Below are positions 60,039 through 64,000 of a stretch of DNA of 64,000 nucleotides, in pieces. Every line of letters starts with the position of its first letter. The first letter of the stretch is position 1. This DNA is from an uncultured Acidobacteriota bacterium (GTDB lineage: Bacteria > Acidobacteriota > Thermoanaerobaculia > Multivoradales > SZUA-115). The stretch covers positions 654,156 through 718,155 of the forward strand of contig CAWDVR010000005.1 of NCBI GenBank assembly GCA_963805975.1, written 5' to 3'. Below the pieces are notes generated by a model that made no database searches, was not told the DNA's origin, and was given only the letters and a program-made list of their open reading frames with translations. A program made the translations under genes and the position numbers.

Positions 60039-61796
60039 ATGCGTTCGATCGGCATCGGTCTGCTGGTGTTGTTGACGGCGGCGTTCGAGGTGCGTGCCGC
60101 AGAGCCTGCCACCGCGCTCGACACCCTCTTCGAGGAGGCCTGGCAGTTCCAGCTCCAGGAGAACCCGCTCTTCGCCTCGGAGACCGGGGACCACCGCTGG
60201 GACGACCGGCTGCCGTCGATGACCCGCGCCGACTTCGAGCGCCGTGGAGCGTTCTATCGGGAGATGCTCGGCAAGCTCGGGGCGGTCGACCGCCAAGCGC
60301 TCGCCACCGGCGCCCGGGTGAGCTACGACATGCTGGTGACGCGGCTGAAAGACGAGCTGGCGGAGCTGGACTTCGCCACCCACCGCATGCCGATCACCGC
60401 CGAGGGCGGCTTCCACTCCTACTTCGCCCGCCTGCCGGCGGACACCACGTTCCTCGCCGTCGAGGACTACGAGAACTACCTGACGCGGCTGCGCGCCTTT
60501 CCCACCTTTCTCGACCAGCACGTCGCCCTGATGCGCGAGGGCCTGGCGGCCGGCTTCACGCCGCCCCAGGCCGTGTTCAAGGGCTTCGAGACCACGATCG
60601 AGACCCACATCGTGGACGACCCTTCGAAGAGCGTCTTCTTCCAGCCGTTCACGAGCTTCCCGGCGGGCGTTCCGGCGGGGGAGCGCGGGCGGCTGGCGGC
60701 GGCCGGACGCCAGGTGATCGCCGAGGTGATCGTTCCCGCCTACCGCAAGTTCCTCGGTTTCATGACCCAGGAGTACATCCCCGGCGCCCGCACCACGATC
60801 GGCGCCTCGGAATGGCCGCGGGGGCGCGAGCTCTACGCCCACCTCGTGCGCCACTTCACGACCCTCGACCTGACGCCGGAGCAGATCCACGAGCTGGGCA
60901 AGCAGGAGGTGGCCCGCATCCGGGCCGAGATGCAGGCGGTGATCGAGCAGGTGGGATTCGCGGGGAGCTTCACCGAGTTCGTCCAGTTCCTGCGCACCGA
61001 TTCGCGCTTCTACCCGAAGAGCGGCGAGGAGCTTCTGAAGCAGGCCTCCTACATCACCAAGAAGATGGACGGCAAGCTCCCGTCGCTCTTCAAGCGCCTG
61101 CCGCGCCAGCCCTACGGCGTCGAGCCGGTGCCGCCGGACCTCGCCCCCAAGTACACGGCCGGCCGCTACGTGGAGGCGCCCTTGGATTCAAAGCGCGCCG
61201 GCACCTACTGGGTCAACACCTACGCGCTCGAGAGCCGGCCGCTCTACGCGCTCGAGGCGCTGTCGCTCCACGAGGCGGTGCCGGGCCACCACCTGCAGAT
61301 CGCCCTCCAGCGGGAGATCGAGGGCGTGCCGAAGTTCCGCCTCTACACCTACGTCAACGCCTTCGGCGAGGGCTGGGGCCTCTACTCCGAGCTCCTGGGG
61401 CTCGAAGCCGGCTTCTACACCGACCCGTACAGCAACTTCGGCCGCCTGACCTACGAGATGTGGCGCGCCTGCCGCCTGGTGGTGGACACCGGCCTCCACG
61501 CCTTCGGCTGGACGCGCCAGCAAGCCCTGGACTACCTGGCCGGCAACACCGCCCTCTCGCTGCACGAGGTCGAGACCGAGACCGACCGCTACATCTCCTG
61601 GCCGGGCCAGGCCCTGTCCTACAAGATGGGCGAGCTCAAGATCCGCGAGCTCAGGAAGCGGGCCGAGCAGGCGCTCGGCCCGCGCTTCGACGTGCGCGAC
61701 TTCCACGACACCGTGCTCGCCAACGGCTCGGTGCCGCTCACCGTGCTCGAGGACCAGGTCAACGCCTACATCGCGGCGGCGAAGGCCGCCCCGTAG
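60039..61796 (+). CDS. DUF885 family secreted protein (putative metallopeptidase)
   Basis: Signal peptide, HEAVPGHHLQ, EGWGLYSE, RLVVDTGLH, PGQALSYK. Confidence 0.92.
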   Translation: MRSIGIGLLVLLTAAFEVRAAEPATALDTLFEEAWQFQLQENPLFASETGDHRWDDRLPSMTRADFERRGAFYREMLGKLGAVDRQALATGARVSYDMLVTRLKDELAELDFATHRMPITAEGGFHSYFARLPADTTFLAVEDYENYLTRLRAFPTFLDQHVALMREGLAAGFTPPQAVFKGFETTIETHIVDDPSKSVFFQPFTSFPAGVPAGERGRLAAAGRQVIAEVIVPAYRKFLGFMTQEYIPGARTTIGASEWPRGRELYAHLVRHFTTLDLTPEQIHELGKQEVARIRAEMQAVIEQVGFAGSFTEFVQFLRTDSRFYPKSGEELLKQASYITKKMDGKLPSLFKRLPRQPYGVEPVPPDLAPKYTAGRYVEAPLDSKRAGTYWVNTYALESRPLYALEALSLHEAVPGHHLQIALQREIEGVPKFRLYTYVNAFGEGWGLYSELLGLEAGFYTDPYSNFGRLTYEMWRACRLVVDTGLHAFGWTRQQALDYLAGNTALSLHEVETETDRYISWPGQALSYKMGELKIRELRKRAEQALGPRFDVRDFHDTVLANGSVPLTVLEDQVNAYIAAAKAAP

Positions 61797-62067
61797 CGCA
61801 AGCTCTTCACCCAAACCGTCGCGAGCGGTCGAGATGCAAGGCGTGGGAGGGCCAGGCAACCGGAGCGTACATGCCAGTACGTGAGGATTACAGGGAGAGG
61901 GGTACCGTGGATTTCGACCAACTTCCATAAACTACTGCCTCTGTTGACTTTGGGTTTGACCTGAGTATGTTCTCTTCCCATGAGCTACGCCCGAGTTGTG
62001 CGACCACTGCATGCCACACGCATGTTGGGGATGGCCGATCGCGGCGGCATCGAACGGGGAGGAGAGC

Positions 62068-63303
62068 ATGCGGGTCAAGCTTAGCAAGACGAATCTCGCC
62101 AACGCCAAGCCCGGCGAGACGCGGTACCTTCTCCGAGATACCCGGACGGTTGGCTTAGCCCTCAAGGTAGAGCCCTCCGGCACTCGGACCTTTCTCTTCG
62201 AGTACCGACTTCCCGGCAAGGCTTCCCAACGCTACAACATCGGCCGCTACGGCGAGCCCTGGACCCTGGAGCAAGCCAGGGCGGAAGCCGGGCGGCTGCG
62301 ATCGCTGGTGGACCGCGGCCTCGATCCGCTCATCGAACGGCGACGGGACGGCTCGGCCGGGCGCACCGTTGCCGAGCTGGCGGAGCTTGCATTGGCTCAT
62401 GTCGAGAAGGCGGGGCGCCGGCCTGCAACGATTTGGCACTACCGCCGGATGATCCAGCGGTTCATCGTGCCGCGGCTCGGTCGGATGCAGGTAGGGGACT
62501 TGAGCGTCGAACACATCGAGCGGCTGCATGGGGACCTCAAGAAAACGCCCGTCCAGGCCAATCGGGTGCTGGTCGTGTTGGGCCGATGCCTGTCCTTGGC
62601 CGAGCGTTGGGGCTGGATTCCGCGGGGTTCGAATCCAGTCCGGTGGGTGGAGCACTATCCGCAGCGTCGGCGAGGCGAGAAGAAGGGCGTGATGCTGCGG
62701 CCCGAGCAGATGGCTCGGCTTCTAGCAGTGTTCGACGAAGAAGAGGCCAACGGGAGCCATCCGTTGGCCCTCGGCGCCTTGCGTCTGGCTTTCTGGACGG
62801 GTTGGCGGACGAGGAGCGAGATCCTGCGGCTCGAGTGGGCGAATCTCGACCTCGAAGCCGGGCAAGCGCGCCTCCTCCTCACCAAGGGAGCCGAGGAGGA
62901 ATACCGGATGCTCCCCGAGGAAGCCATCGCGGTGCTGCGGGCACTGCCACGCGTGGAGGGCAGCCCTTGGGTGTTTCCCGGTCTGGACCCCTCACGCCCT
63001 CGCAGCGACGTGACGTGGCTGTGGGAGCGGGTGAGGAGAAAGGCCGGTTTGGTGGACCTTGAGGAGCTGGGGAACTTCCGCCTGCATGACCTTCGCCACA
63101 ACGTGGTGAGCTGGGACGTGTCCCGCGGAGTCAGCTTGAAGGTGGCCGGCGCTAATGTCGGTCACAGGAGCCAGCAGTCCACCGAGATCTATGCCCACTT
63201 CCTGCCGGCTCATTTGAAGACCGCTGCCGATGCTCGCTCCCAGGCCATGCGCCAGGCCCTCGAAGGGGCTCAGGACAAGGCCTCACAACCGGAGGAGGTG
63301 TAG
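62068..63303 (+). CDS. Tyrosine integrase with N-terminal arm-binding domain
   Basis: GGAGG RBS; IGRYG..WTLEQAR; catalytic R (TGWR), K, HDLRH, GH, Y. Confidence 0.92.
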   Translation: MRVKLSKTNLANAKPGETRYLLRDTRTVGLALKVEPSGTRTFLFEYRLPGKASQRYNIGRYGEPWTLEQARAEAGRLRSLVDRGLDPLIERRRDGSAGRTVAELAELALAHVEKAGRRPATIWHYRRMIQRFIVPRLGRMQVGDLSVEHIERLHGDLKKTPVQANRVLVVLGRCLSLAERWGWIPRGSNPVRWVEHYPQRRRGEKKGVMLRPEQMARLLAVFDEEEANGSHPLALGALRLAFWTGWRTRSEILRLEWANLDLEAGQARLLLTKGAEEEYRMLPEEAIAVLRALPRVEGSPWVFPGLDPSRPRSDVTWLWERVRRKAGLVDLEELGNFRLHDLRHNVVSWDVSRGVSLKVAGANVGHRSQQSTEIYAHFLPAHLKTAADARSQAMRQALEGAQDKASQPEEV

Positions 63304-63399
63304 AAGATGGCAGAGGTGAGAGAACGAGTCTCCGCGGCTCGTGGGCCGCCCGCCAGGCGGTGCCGGCATTGCGAATCCGCGGCCACCCGGCCGCACCTA

Positions 63400-63480
63400 G
63401 AAACCAAGCGGGCCGACCGAGTGCTTGAGACCACCCGGCCGACCCTAGCCGACCATGGAGCCGAGACCCCATGACCGACC
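63400..63480 (-). ncRNA. Putative cis-antisense RNA covering the RBS/start of the 63471 gene
   Basis: TAGACT -10 box (63487-63492, minus) inside the CDS start; 14-bp hairpin 63410-63445 fully paired only on the minus strand. Confidence 0.5.
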
Positions 63481-63911
63481 GAGAGCAGTCTACCGCTGCC
63501 GCAGCCGCTCGACCTGATCCCTCTCCTCCACCCCCGGAGGAGCCCGCCTCGCCGCCTTTGCCCTTGGATGCCTGGGAGGAGCTCCAGCCCATCCGGGAGA
63601 CGTTCCTCCACCATGTAGGCCACGCTGAAACTCAGCAGGCCCTCCGCACGATCGGCGATTACTTCTACCAGGCCGTCCTCGAGTGGCGGAACTTCCCGGA
63701 GACGGAGACGCCGATCATCCTTCTGGAGCTCGAAGCCGTCGCCAAGGACGTGCGGTATCTCCAGGGCTTTCTGCACCACACGGTGGCCGAGGACGGCCGG
63801 GGCACCTTGGCCGATGCCCGGTACGAGCGCTGGCTCAAGGTGAAGGCCGAGGAGTGGGCCGACACCCTCGGCGAGGTCGCCACCGAGATCGAGAAGGCGA
63901 TAGCGGAATGA
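63471..63911 (+). CDS. Hypothetical helical acidic protein
   Basis: GGAG RBS; coherent ORF; N-terminus MTDREQST. Confidence 0.65.
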   Translation: MTDREQSTAAAAARPDPSPPPPEEPASPPLPLDAWEELQPIRETFLHHVGHAETQQALRTIGDYFYQAVLEWRNFPETETPIILLELEAVAKDVRYLQGFLHHTVAEDGRGTLADARYERWLKVKAEEWADTLGEVATEIEKAIAE

Positions 63912-64000
63912 AGCCCGCCTGCCGGAGGTCCGAGCGCCTCCAGCGACCCACCTAGAAGCTCCCCCTACGCCGTCCGGGCCTCCAGAACCAGGAGGCTCGG

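Larger units (their letters stand above)
61900..64000. mobile_element. Left part of an integrative element (boundary approximate)
   Basis: AT-richer segment upstream, integrase, phage-type cargo with altered codon usage. Confidence 0.6.

Noticed and set aside
61921-61949. Chromosomal dif site
   Set aside because: Spacer is 8 rather than 6 bp and the XerD-arm match is weak; kept only as a junction candidate

Overview
GC-rich bacterial chromosome segment. The gene content (GWxTD/VWA proteins, PDZ sensor kinase) points to Acidobacteriota, probably Thermoanaerobaculia-like, by inference only. Two mobile elements bound the window. On the left is the end of an integrative element at a tRNA-Ala(GGC) 3' end, encoding a fused coupling-ATPase/PD-(D/E)xK/Xis-like protein. 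On the right is a tyrosine-integrase element containing a SymR-like cis-antisense RNA arrangement. The core is housekeeping (rpmE, prfA, frameshifted prmC, murA, rsmI, mnmA, iscS, xseAB, maf, trmJ, mtaB, apaH, apaG), plus three type II TA modules and many peptidases. The best candidate for an undescribed system is four paralogous secreted GWxTD-like/Ig/Ig/VWA proteins within 20 kb. Sigma-54 (-24/-12) motifs lie upstream of paralog 1 (paralog 2 follows in tandem), paralog 3, an outer-membrane barrel gene and a PDZ-kinase/NtrC pair, suggesting a sigma-54 envelope regulon. All calls come from reading the sequence and motifs by eye; no searches were run.
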